Source: an uncultured Bacilli bacterium (lineage in GTDB: Bacteria > Bacillota_I > Bacilli_A > RF39 > UBA660). From it: a DNA stretch of 64,000 nucleotides. A program made the position numbers and the translations under genes. The stretch spans positions 19,655-83,654 of the forward strand of contig CAKOOR010000006.1 in the NCBI GenBank assembly GCA_934098505.1, in the 5' to 3' direction. Positions 41,904 to 51,012 of the stretch are shown one piece after another. Within the stretch, counting starts at the first letter, position 1. Every line of letters starts with the position of its first letter. Under the pieces are notes generated by a model. The model worked only from the letters and a program-made list of their open reading frames with translations. It ran no database searches and had not been told where the DNA came from.

Positions 41904-43700
41904 TTATTTTGCAAGTTCTAACTTATAAAATTTTTGAGATTCGCCCTTTTTTAAATCAGCCGCTGCCTTTTGTTCTAACAATTGATAATCTACTTTTTCA
42001 GTTCCTTTTCTTCGAGGAAGCGCATTAACAAACTCGATATAGGCAGGAATTTCATATTCTTTCAATTGAACAACATCACCATTTACCATTTTAATAGGCT
42101 TTAAACACAAATCAAGTATTTGACTAGTAAAATCCTTATTATCAAGCATTTTACTTTCGTCTAGAACAATATAGGCTTTATTTGCTGCTAGACTTCCATC
42201 GTTAGTATCAACTTTAACAACAGCGCAGTCTTTCACACAAGGAAAATTACTTATAACCCCCTGAACATAATCTAAATAAACTTTATTTAAAGTAGATATT
42301 ATATAAAATCTTGATTGACGACCAGTTAGAGTGAAATAACCATCATTATCAAGTCTTCCAAACATTCCCGTTGCTACATAATTTTTTCCGTTAACAACAA
42401 TTTTAGCCTTTTTAGTTAACTCTGGTTTTTTATAATATTCTTTGAAAACATGCTCACCACCAATAAGCAGTAAACCTTCTTCCCCTATTTTCTTTTCTTC
42501 TATTGTTCCATCATTAGTATATTTATCCATATCTATAACTAAACACTCGCTACCAGTTAAAACTCGTCCAACCGTTTCTGGTTTTACTTCAATTCCTACC
42601 GAATTTGTACCACAAGAAACAGTTTCAGCATTTCCCGAACCATTTGTAATAACCGTCTTAGCCTTATGTTCTTGAAAGAAATCTTCCCCTCTTTTAGCAT
42701 TTGCTGGAGTTAAGAAATCACCACCAGAGATAAAAGTTTTAACCGAAGATAAATCAAAATCTTTCGGAGCATTTATCATCATTAATTCTAAAAGGGCTGG
42801 ACTTCCAAATATTATATTAGGATTTTTAGCCAAATAATAATATAAATTATCTTTAGTTAAATCTGGAGCCAAAATGGCTGTTCTTCCACACATTAACGAC
42901 ATAAGTGTTGAGGTAGAAAAACCATAAGGATAAGTAAATGGAACACAAACTAAACTTTTTTCGCCTCGCGTATCACTTATATGAGTTGAATTTTTTAAAT
43001 AAGTAGCAGCAGCCAAAATATTCTTATTTGTTAAAACTACTGCCTTAGGTTTTCCGGTTGTCCCACTAGTATAAAGAATTAAAGCATCATCTAAAGCATT
43101 AAAAGGATTTTCTAAAGTCTTCTTTTGAAACTTAGCCAAACATCCTAAAGTATTAAAATCAATCGTATTACTCTTAGTTAAATGATAATTACCATTAAGA
43201 CTTAAAGAATTAACCTTACTTTTATCTAGAGTAATAACATATCTAACATGAGTCTTATCTACAATCTTTTGATTTTCTTCATCACTACGATTAAAATTTA
43301 TATAAACGGGACTTTCAAATAAATTTAAATAAGATACAATTTCTTCATCTGGCGCAAAAGAATTTAAAAATGTTGTTGTCGCTCCAATTCTATTAGCGGC
43401 CATAAAAACGGCTACAGCCTGATAAAAATTAGGCATAGATACGGTAATAATATCACCTTTTTTAACCCCTAATTCTTTTAAAGCCATAGATACTGTAACG
43501 GCATCGTCAAGTAACTCTTGATAAGTTGCCGATAATTTTAAACAATCAACTGCCTTTTCATCACGATAAAAACTACTAATAACCTTAATGGCTGTATATA
43601 TATTAATATCAGGAATTATAGGATGAGCCTCCCAAAATTTTGCTCCTTTATTTTGTGGTTTGTCGATGCTTGCATAACCTGTTAATTTCTTTTCAAACAT
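41904..43700 (-). CDS. AMP-binding acyl-CoA/acyl-adenylate synthetase family enzyme
   Basis: 598 aa. AMP-binding motif LYTSGTTGKPKAV. Confidence 0.85.
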   Translation of the reverse strand: MFEKKLTGYASIDKPQNKGAKFWEAHPIIPDINIYTAIKVISSFYRDEKAVDCLKLSATYQELLDDAVTVSMALKELGVKKGDIITVSMPNFYQAVAVFMAANRIGATTTFLNSFAPDEEIVSYLNLFESPVYINFNRSDEENQKIVDKTHVRYVITLDKSKVNSLSLNGNYHLTKSNTIDFNTLGCLAKFQKKTLENPFNALDDALILYTSGTTGKPKAVVLTNKNILAAATYLKNSTHISDTRGEKSLVCVPFTYPYGFSTSTLMSLMCGRTAILAPDLTKDNLYYYLAKNPNIIFGSPALLELMMINAPKDFDLSSVKTFISGGDFLTPANAKRGEDFFQEHKAKTVITNGSGNAETVSCGTNSVGIEVKPETVGRVLTGSECLVIDMDKYTNDGTIEEKKIGEEGLLLIGGEHVFKEYYKKPELTKKAKIVVNGKNYVATGMFGRLDNDGYFTLTGRQSRFYIISTLNKVYLDYVQGVISNFPCVKDCAVVKVDTNDGSLAANKAYIVLDESKMLDNKDFTSQILDLCLKPIKMVNGDVVQLKEYEIPAYIEFVNALPRRKGTEKVDYQLLEQKAAADLKKGESQKFYKLELAK

Positions 43701-43776
43701 AATACTTCTCCTATTTCTAATTTTATTTTACCTTATTTCTCGTTAATTACAAGAAATTATTCACTTATTTCACTAA

Positions 43777-44136
43777 TTATCCTTTGTAAGTTTCATGATT
43801 TTTATCAAACCAAACTATATAAAAGCATTCTTCCTGACGGTAGCCAATTAATCTAAACTTATCCGTTACTCTTAAAGAACCTAAAATTATATCTCTATCT
43901 ATACTATCTGGTTTCTTAAGTTGCTAAATATTTTCAAATTTAAAACTTGGATATATCTTAATTTCTCGCCACAGCAAACTTTCAAACAATTTAGCAAAAT
44001 TTAAGAATGCTTTTAATTCATAAATAGGATATTTATCATGGCAGCTAGAAAACTTCAAGATACCGCACTTGTCATCATTATTATTTTTATTTAAATTATA
44101 ATTAAAACTTTTTTGAACATTAAGCTTATATGTCAT
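43777..44136 (-). pseudogene. toxin-like ORF downstream of the Panacea antitoxin, interrupted by an in-frame TAG
   Basis: A 70-codon ORF overlaps the upstream gene by 11 nt. After TAG at 43924-43926 the same frame stays open for 48 more codons (QLKKPDS...KFRLIGYRQEECFYIVWFDKNHETYKG) up to TAA at 43777-43779. Confidence 0.4.
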
Positions 44137-44599
44137 TTATAACTGTTTTAAAAAACTCTTTCATACTTTCTTTAGTAATTATATTATGACATCTTTCACC
44201 AATCGCACAACCTTTTCTCGCCTTAATCCAAGGTTCTTCTTTATGAGTTTGTTCTTCTAAAAACTTACCATCATAAATACCAAAAGTCTGCCAAATATCA
44301 CTTAAAAATGCACAAATATTATCACTAATATTAATTGTTTCATCAGTTGGACAAGGTATAGAATCAAATCCAAATTTTTTATACTTATTGTATATCCCTT
44401 CATTAGCGGGGCCATGAGCCCAAGCTTCAAAATCTTCAGGAAACAACTCTTTATCATAGTAAGCTAAATAATACCCTTGTGCATAATATAAAATTTTTTG
44501 CAATTTTAATGGTGTTATAGTACTACCTGCATCTCTATCTACTATTTTTAAGAAAAAATTTGCCGCATCAAAAATACTTAAACTATTTTTTCTAAACAT
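44126..44599 (-). CDS. Panacea (DUF4065) domain protein, PanA/SocA-type antitoxin candidate
   Basis: 157 aa. ITPLKLQKILYYAQGYYLAYYDKELFPEDFEAWAHGP matches the DUF4065 core. RBS GGAGG lies upstream. Confidence 0.7.
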   Translation of the reverse strand: MFRKNSLSIFDAANFFLKIVDRDAGSTITPLKLQKILYYAQGYYLAYYDKELFPEDFEAWAHGPANEGIYNKYKKFGFDSIPCPTDETINISDNICAFLSDIWQTFGIYDGKFLEEQTHKEEPWIKARKGCAIGERCHNIITKESMKEFFKTVINDI

Positions 44600-44764
44600 T
44601 ATATACCTCCACTATCTATAATAATGATACAATTATTGTTAATATTCTTCAAGAACTCTTATTAATATATTTAACAAAAGTTTCGCCATCAACAACTGCT
44701 ACTATTTTAACTAATTCCTCTAAAAACACAAGTATTTTACTTAAACTTAATAAATTGCTATTCT

Positions 44765-44808
44765 TTTTTAGCAAAACATCAAGTTTAGCTAAGCCAAACT
44801 TGATGTTT
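44765..44808 (-). terminator. rho-independent terminator after the TtcA-like gene
   Basis: Perfect 12-bp stem AACATCAAGTTT/AAACTTGATGTT with a 9-nt loop, followed on the minus strand by TTTTGC. Confidence 0.5.
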
Positions 44809-44867
44809 AGATATTTTATTAATCATATTCTTAATTTTTTAATAGAAATTTTCCACCCAAATAAAAA

Positions 44868-45716
44868 TTATTCCAAAATATTTGGTTTATTTTCATCATA
44901 CTCATCCAAAAAGCTCTTATACTCTCCATTCTTCTTGGTTCCCAAAACACAATCTAAATTAATATTATTCATACTTCTAAAGATACTATTATCAATATCA
45001 CTATTTACTTTTCTTAAATTCTTTATTAACTCTTTAATTTCTTTTCGTTTACTGGTCCCATCATTTATTAACGAACAACCTTCGGTAAAACGGCAAGCAC
45101 AATTTATAAATACTAAATCATTACTATCACGCCATGAAATAATATCAGCCTCTTTTACCATGTATAAAGGTCTAATTAACTCTAAACCTTCAAAGTTAGT
45201 ACTATGTAATTTAGGTAACATAGTCTTAACCTCGGAACCATAAAACATGGAAAGTAAAGTAGTTTCAATAACATCATCAAAATGATGACCAAGAGCAATT
45301 TTATTACAACCTAATTCTTTAGCCTTATTATATAGGTGTCCTCTTCGCATCTTAGCACATAAATAACATGGACTCTTACTATCAACTGTACTTACGACAT
45401 CAAAAATATCTGTATTAAATATTTCAATAGGAATATTAAGTAACTTAGCATTATCAATTATATATTGTCTATTATAATCATTATACCCTGGATCCATCAC
45501 CACATAATGGGCCTCAAACTTAACCTTACCATGTCTTTCTAATTCTTGAATACACTTAGCCAGTAAAAATGAATCCTTACCCCCACTAATACAAACCATA
45601 ATCTTATCATTTTCATTTATTAGTTCATAATCTTTAACAGCCTTTGTAAATCTGCTCCATATTTCTTTACGATATTTCTTAATAATACTACGCTCTATCT
45701 CTTGATACTTCTCCAT
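44868..45716 (-). CDS. PP-loop ATPase, TtcA-like tRNA thiolation enzyme
   Basis: 282 aa. SGGKDS PP-loop and CxxC (CYLCAKMRRG). It is paired with a cysteine desulfurase. Confidence 0.75.
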   Translation of the reverse strand: MEKYQEIERSIIKKYRKEIWSRFTKAVKDYELINENDKIMVCISGGKDSFLLAKCIQELERHGKVKFEAHYVVMDPGYNDYNRQYIIDNAKLLNIPIEIFNTDIFDVVSTVDSKSPCYLCAKMRRGHLYNKAKELGCNKIALGHHFDDVIETTLLSMFYGSEVKTMLPKLHSTNFEGLELIRPLYMVKEADIISWRDSNDLVFINCACRFTEGCSLINDGTSKRKEIKELIKNLRKVNSDIDNSIFRSMNNINLDCVLGTKKNGEYKSFLDEYDENKPNILE

Positions 45717-45756
45717 ATCCTTTAATATTCCTTTCTAATATTTTATACTTCTATTC

Positions 45757-46881
45757 TTAATCTTTATAATACTCTTTATAAATACTATCAAATTCTTGTA
45801 AAAACACTTCTACTTCTTCTAGTTTTGTTAAATGCGACAAACTAACTCTGATAGCCGTACTAGCGATTTGCTTATCTTTAGTTAGAGCATATACTAACTT
45901 TGAAGGACTTTCAATTGGACAACAACTAGTCTTAGCCGATACATATATCTCTTTATCTTCTAAACTTTCTACTACCTTTAAAGACTTAACATTTTTAATA
46001 CTAAAATTAATTGTAAATGGCAAACTATTATCCCTGTTATTAATAATTACATTCTTATACTGCCTCAACTTATCTTTAATTATTACATTTAATTTTTCTA
46101 CATAATTATAATTATTATCTATATTTCTTAAGGCTATTTCTATTGCTTTATCTAAGGCGCCAATACTAGGTAATTCTGGTGTTCCTGCACGATAAATAGT
46201 CGTTGATTTTCCCCCATCTATTTGGGGTACTAAACCTATTTCTTTTCTCTTAATAAGTAAACCCATTCCCGTTAAACCATAAAACTTATGGGGCGCTAAA
46301 GTAACTAAATCCGGAATAGTTAAATCTAAATTAATTTTGCCAAAACCTTGGGTGGCATCAGTATGTAATAAACAATGCGGATAATCTTTTAAAACTTCTT
46401 TTATCTCTTTAATCGGTTGTACTAATCCAATCTCACTATCGACACTACAAACACTTACTAAAATAGTATCTTTTCTTATCATCTTTTTTAAAGATTCAAT
46501 TTCTATTAAGCCATCATTTCGAACTGGTACAACTTCTACTTCAAAGCCCAGACTCTGCATTTTAACCGCACTGGCTACAATCGAGTTATGTTCTAAAGCA
46601 CTAATTAATATATGTTTACCAAAACTTTTATATCTTTCGCATACTCCTTTAATAGCCAAATTATTAGATTCAGTCGCCCCACTAGTATAAATTAATTCTT
46701 CGGGTAAAACTCCTAACTTTAAAGCAATATCTTTGGTATATTTATCTATTAACTCTTTAGATCTTTTTCCTAACTTATGGTTACTATTAGGATTAGCATA
46801 ATATTCTTTTGTTAACTTATTATAAATATTTAATACTTCTTCATTTACTGGTGTTGAAGCCGCATAATCAAGATAAATCAT
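45757..46881 (-). CDS. cysteine desulfurase (NifS/IscS class V aminotransferase)
   Basis: 374 aa. SGATESNN, the PLP-lysine region APHKFYG, and the C-terminal active-site loop SAKTSCC. Confidence 0.8.
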   Translation of the reverse strand: MIYLDYAASTPVNEEVLNIYNKLTKEYYANPNSNHKLGKRSKELIDKYTKDIALKLGVLPEELIYTSGATESNNLAIKGVCERYKSFGKHILISALEHNSIVASAVKMQSLGFEVEVVPVRNDGLIEIESLKKMIRKDTILVSVCSVDSEIGLVQPIKEIKEVLKDYPHCLLHTDATQGFGKINLDLTIPDLVTLAPHKFYGLTGMGLLIKRKEIGLVPQIDGGKSTTIYRAGTPELPSIGALDKAIEIALRNIDNNYNYVEKLNVIIKDKLRQYKNVIINNRDNSLPFTINFSIKNVKSLKVVESLEDKEIYVSAKTSCCPIESPSKLVYALTKDKQIASTAIRVSLSHLTKLEEVEVFLQEFDSIYKEYYKD

Positions 46882-47024
46882 TTAATCATCCCCTTAAAAT
46901 TTAATAAAACTATTTTATCATAATTATTCTTAAATAAATATTATTTTTATTAATATTAGTATAGAATTAGTATTACTTCCAAACCTCCCACCCTTATAAA
47001 AAAAAGACAATAACAATATAGTTA

Positions 47025-47750
47025 TCATCTCTTTAAAACTCTTGATTTATTAACTCTATTAACTAATATATCATCAAAATAATAAAGCTTATTAATATCA
47101 AGTACTTTAGATATCTCTTTATATTCTTCATCACTAGTTAAAAATTTAAGAACCATTTTAACACTCTTAAGAGAATATTTACAAACAATATTTTCTAAAT
47201 CTACTCCATATAAAAATGACAAACAACATATACAAACCTTAATATTATCTGTAATAAAACTTGCTTGTTTACTAGGTACACTTTTAATACTTTCTTTAAC
47301 TAAATATCTTTCTCGAAACTTAAAGTTATCTTCTGGATATCTTATTTCATCTAAATCTATTACATATCCATGACCATCTTTATATAAAAAGTTAGATAAA
47401 TGAATATCTCCAATACATATTCCATAACTATGTAAAGTCTTTAAAGACTTATAAATATCTTTAATAGCACTTACTTTATCCATAAAATCTATATTCTTAT
47501 TTAAAGACTCTCTAAAAGTAATTGTCCCCTTTATATATTCCATTATATAACCATTAAAATCACTATTCTTATATAACATTTTATATATTTTAGGAGTATT
47601 AGGAATACTATTGTTCATTAAAAACTTAATATTTCTTTCCTTTTCTTCTCTAAAATAACTTATTTCATTATAAACCTTATATAAATAACCATCTTCTAGA
47701 TATAAACTCCCACCATTATTATATTCTTTATTTATATCTAATTCTTTCAT
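47025..47750 (-). CDS. small protein-kinase-fold protein, paralog 2
   Basis: 241 aa. GDIHLSNFLY catalytic-loop-like motif followed by YVIDLDE. Confidence 0.45.
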   Translation of the reverse strand: MKELDINKEYNNGGSLYLEDGYLYKVYNEISYFREEKERNIKFLMNNSIPNTPKIYKMLYKNSDFNGYIMEYIKGTITFRESLNKNIDFMDKVSAIKDIYKSLKTLHSYGICIGDIHLSNFLYKDGHGYVIDLDEIRYPEDNFKFRERYLVKESIKSVPSKQASFITDNIKVCICCLSFLYGVDLENIVCKYSLKSVKMVLKFLTSDEEYKEISKVLDINKLYYFDDILVNRVNKSRVLKR

Positions 47751-47854
47751 ATATTGTCCTTCCTTTGGACTAATTTATATTAACATATTTTTTCTTATTT
47801 GTTTATTATTTTTATATTAATTAATACTATATAATTTAATTAGAAGAATTATTT

Positions 47855-48235
47855 ATGAAAGTATTAACTATAAGAGAACCATTTGCTACTTTAATTAAAG
47901 ATAAAGTAAAAATATATGAAACTAGAAGTTGGAAAACTAACTATCGTGGAGAAATCTATATCCATGTTGCTAAGATAAGAAGTAAAGCTAGTAACGCAAG
48001 TATTGCAAGTACTTATCTTAAATCTAGGGAAAATCCTGAACATATTATCTGTAAATGTTTATTAAAGGATTGTATTTATATGACAGAAGAATTTATTAAC
48101 AACATTAAGAAAAGACCAGAAGAATATAACTTTGGTCGTTATGAAGTAGGACGTTTTGCTTGGCAATTAGAAGTAATAGAAGTCTTAAAAGAACCAATAT
48201 ATGCTAAGGGACAACTTGGCATTTGGAACTTCTAA
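47855..48235 (+). CDS. ASCH (PUA-like) domain protein
   Basis: 126 aa. The N-terminal MKVLTIREPFATLIKDKVKIYETRSW is typical of ASCH. Confidence 0.65.
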   Translation: MKVLTIREPFATLIKDKVKIYETRSWKTNYRGEIYIHVAKIRSKASNASIASTYLKSRENPEHIICKCLLKDCIYMTEEFINNIKKRPEEYNFGRYEVGRFAWQLEVIEVLKEPIYAKGQLGIWNF

Positions 48236-48252
48236 GACTTCTTTTTTTAATA

Positions 48253-48697
48253 TTATTTTATATTATTATTTTCTAAATCAAATTCACTTATATCATCTAA
48301 CATGCCATTACCCGCACCATCTATTATACTTGAATAATAAGTCTTATTATTTTCTTTTAACTTTATAGAACCTAAATACTTTATTTTAAATGTTGTCGTA
48401 GATCCAAAGTCATATTCCATTTTCATAGTATTATTATCATTTAATCCTATATTGCTTAATATACTTTGAATAGCATCTAATGCTATTTCATGATCAAACA
48501 ATAAATCATCATATATATAACAGTTATACTCTCTATCTTTATAAGTAATAACTATAAAAATGATATGCTAATGAATTAAAACTAGCTAGTATACTATAGG
48601 CTAAATCGCCTATAGTCATCTTATCTGTAACTTCTATTACTCCCCATTTTTTATCTTCTAATTTATTTATTCCTACTTTAAACATTAATACTTTCAT
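48253..48697 (-). pseudogene. frameshifted pRiA4b ORF-3-like (PF07929-like) gene
   Basis: The N-terminal piece from ATG 48697 (MKVLMFKVGINKLEDKKWGVIEVTDKMTIGDLAYSILASFNSLAYHFY) stops early. The C-terminal piece (YDFGSTTTFKIKYLG) continues in another frame. The frames switch near the T5 run in CATTTTTAT around 48545. Confidence 0.5.
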
Positions 48698-48857
48698 ACA
48701 CATTCCCTTCATTCCACCCTTATAGTAATATCTTTTCTTCTAAAAATCAGCTAAAAAATGATAGAAGAACTCCTTCTACCAAGTAAGTAATAGGCGTGGT
48801 CGCTAAACGATAATTCATTTGGCGACCTCTCTGCCTCGCATTAATTATCCTAAATGC

Positions 48858-50456
48858 TTACGCATGAAACGGTTCAGATGCCGTCCCATTGCCATTATTT
48901 AGAATCTCAGAGCTTAGATTTAAAACTGGACGGGCACCAAGCCTGTTGCCGACACGGTTGCTGATACCGTCCATGCTACCCGCAAAGCCGGTTGAAAGCA
49001 CAATATACTCTTGAGCACTGTTATAATCGAAGGAATCGGACGACATAGTCCAATAAGTTTGTCCAGAGTATAAATAATAATTTGAATTATTTGAATTCCA
49101 ACCACCCGCTAAAACTACCTCATCAGCCGTAACAAGGCCAATACCATAAGTAAGAGCTCCGTTCCCTTTGCTAGTATCACTAACTGTAAAAGCATCATTT
49201 TTTTGTGGACACGTTAACATCATTTTATTATTATAAGAACTATATGCAAAATTATGCCAGCGATATGACGTTTCCTCAGTACCGTAGCCTTTAGTGCTCC
49301 AACCACTTAGCATATTGCTACTTAAAGAACGATCGTTACAAAATAAATTATCTTTAACATATTGTTCATTGGTTATGCCTTTAATATTATTTTCATACCA
49401 CGTATCAAGATAAGTCTTAATATCAGAGCTATTAGTATTAGTTTGAGCTTTATCTTTACTTGTTGTTCCATAAGTAACATAACTATAACCAATGGTTGCC
49501 CTTGATGAACCTGCTGTAACACTAGTAATTTTATAAATATATTGATTAGAAGTACTAGAACTTGTTCCGTTAAAAGTATAGTAACCAATATAATCACTTG
49601 TCATGGAATTTCCAAGTACGGCAATCGGATTTTTCAAAGTAAATTTATCTGTTGAAGCATTATAACTATATTCCTTAGCAATATAATAAGTACTAGTATT
49701 TGTATAAGATGAAGTAGAATATTGAGTTGATTGTTCAACTATACCATCTCTATTACCATACATGTAACCAAAACCAGCATTATCATTTAAAACGTATGAA
49801 TTAGCACTTTCCTTAACATTATCCTTTTTCCAGTAATAATTAAAACTAGTAGTCCCTATTTGTCTATCGACACTCGCATCATTATTGGCATGAGCTACTG
49901 TTCCATCATATATAACTCTTACTGTTCCGTCACCATTATATCTTATAATACGCCAATATTTCCCAGCAAATAAGACATAATTATTGGTTACATTACCACG
50001 GTAATAATACGAGTCCCCATAAACATCTTTAGCTCTACATAAATAACCATAAGTATCTTCTGCTCTAGTTACGGTTACAGTGCCATCACTATTCATTGTT
50101 GGGCATCTTCCCATTTCATCTAAATAAAATTTTTTATCAGCTAGTGTAAAACTTTCTAAACTTTTAAAATAAATATTACATCTACTTCTTATCCCCCAGT
50201 TAGAAAGTTTTATTCCCCACTTACCATAATCCCAACTAGCATTCTTATTATTATCACATACTATTTTATCTACAGCATATCCACTACCTTTAGTTGGTAA
50301 AATTTCAGAATAAGTACCATTAATATATGCACCAATTAACGGCTCTTCTTTTGGAATAGAATTATAATAAGTAATACATAGTCCAATAATTGCAAATGCA
50401 CTAACTAAGCCAGATATTATAATATATTTTCTTTTTTTATTTTTAAATATTTTCAT
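48858..50456 (-). CDS. membrane-anchored surface protein, paralog 1, with a variable-region-like GC-rich C-terminal segment
   Basis: 532 aa. N-terminal TM and conserved blocks shared with 51013..52356 (YYYRGNVTNNYV.FAG.YWRIIR.NGDGTVRVIYDG, MMLTCPQKNDAFTV). It ends ...LGARPVLNL...NNGNGTASEPFHA. Confidence 0.6.
   Translation of the reverse strand: MKIFKNKKRKYIIISGLVSAFAIIGLCITYYNSIPKEEPLIGAYINGTYSEILPTKGSGYAVDKIVCDNNKNASWDYGKWGIKLSNWGIRSRCNIYFKSLESFTLADKKFYLDEMGRCPTMNSDGTVTVTRAEDTYGYLCRAKDVYGDSYYYRGNVTNNYVLFAGKYWRIIRYNGDGTVRVIYDGTVAHANNDASVDRQIGTTSFNYYWKKDNVKESANSYVLNDNAGFGYMYGNRDGIVEQSTQYSTSSYTNTSTYYIAKEYSYNASTDKFTLKNPIAVLGNSMTSDYIGYYTFNGTSSSTSNQYIYKITSVTAGSSRATIGYSYVTYGTTSKDKAQTNTNSSDIKTYLDTWYENNIKGITNEQYVKDNLFCNDRSLSSNMLSGWSTKGYGTEETSYRWHNFAYSSYNNKMMLTCPQKNDAFTVSDTSKGNGALTYGIGLVTADEVVLAGGWNSNNSNYYLYSGQTYWTMSSDSFDYNSAQEYIVLSTGFAGSMDGISNRVGNRLGARPVLNLSSEILNNGNGTASEPFHA
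48927..49046 (-). repeat. VR-like segment 1 (40 codons, ATG TCG TCC ... CGT CCA)
   Basis: Homologous to 50774-50866 and 51082-51192. It is locally GC-rich in an AT-rich genome. Confidence 0.6.
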
Positions 50457-50761
50457 AGTTAATATATCTCCTATTAATTTATAAGTATTTAGAATTATGT
50501 TTTCACATAACTCTAAATACTACCAACATAGTATCTAACTTTTAAATTACGTCTAAAAGTATCTATGTTATATGTTCGGTTTAATTACAACTGATTTATC
50601 ATTTTTTCCAATCTAATACTAGATTATCTTATAAAAGTTCGGTAACATCTTTATTCTGTTTAAAAGCAATAAATAGTTATTTATCCCTAGTTCTAAAAGA
50701 TTATTTCTTACAATAAAAAGCCTTAGCCGTTTATTTTGAGTGCCATAGATTTTAATCTATC

Positions 50762-50866
50762 TTAGCAGGAATCTGGACGGGACCCATTAGTGTTGTTGTC
50801 TGCATTGCCGTTTGAATTCGCATTATGCTCATTAGCATTGTTACCATTGAAGTAATTAGGCGACAC
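50762..50866 (-). other. TR-like AAY-rich fragment homologous to the C-terminal segments of the two flanking paralogs
   Basis: GTG TCG CCT AAT TAC TTC AAT GGT AAC AAT GCT AAT GAG CAT AAT GCG AAT TCA AAC GGC AAT GCA GAC AAC AAC ACT AAT GGG TCC CGT CCA GAT TCC TGC TAA. 13 of the 31 aligned codons are AAT/AAC. A stop lies two codons upstream, so it is not part of a long gene. Confidence 0.6.
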
Positions 50867-51012
50867 GTCTTAAAAGAACAAACAATAGTTTATAGGACAA
50901 ACCAACTTTATATAATATTACTAACTCTATTATATCATATAAAGATTTTCGCCACGGCCAAATGATGATTCATTTGACGACCTATCTGCCTCGCATTAAG
51001 TTTTCTAAATGC

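Noticed and set aside
43924-43926. In-frame TAG decoded as pyrrolysine or by read-through
   Set aside because: No pyl genes or other in-frame TAG genes are seen in the window. TAG is also used as an ordinary stop here, for example by the SDR gene at 31576-31578. A nonsense mutation is more likely.
4021-45243. Antisense or shadow ORFs from the track: 4021..4221, 7138..7437, 7883..8242, 11219..11476, 14615..14893, 15051..15257, 18441..18701, 19745..20095, 32177..32413, 35512..35703, 36484..36765, 40496..40774, 40949..41167, 42442..42675, 44755..45243
   Set aside because: Each lies inside, and opposite to or out of frame with, a longer ORF that has clear family motifs. Their translations are low-complexity and motif-free.
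48920-49597. Two same-strand alternative-frame ORFs (48920..49105 and 49373..49597) inside paralog 1
   Set aside because: They are nested in the 532-aa gene in other frames and their translations are low-complexity. They are artefacts of local composition.
50748-50763. Palindrome ATAGAT-TTTA-ATCTAT just 3' of the template-like fragment as a recombinase site or DGR hairpin
   Set aside because: The stem is AT-only and 6 bp long, with no asymmetric spacer, and it is not shared with the two genes. This is too weak to call. It is mentioned only as context.
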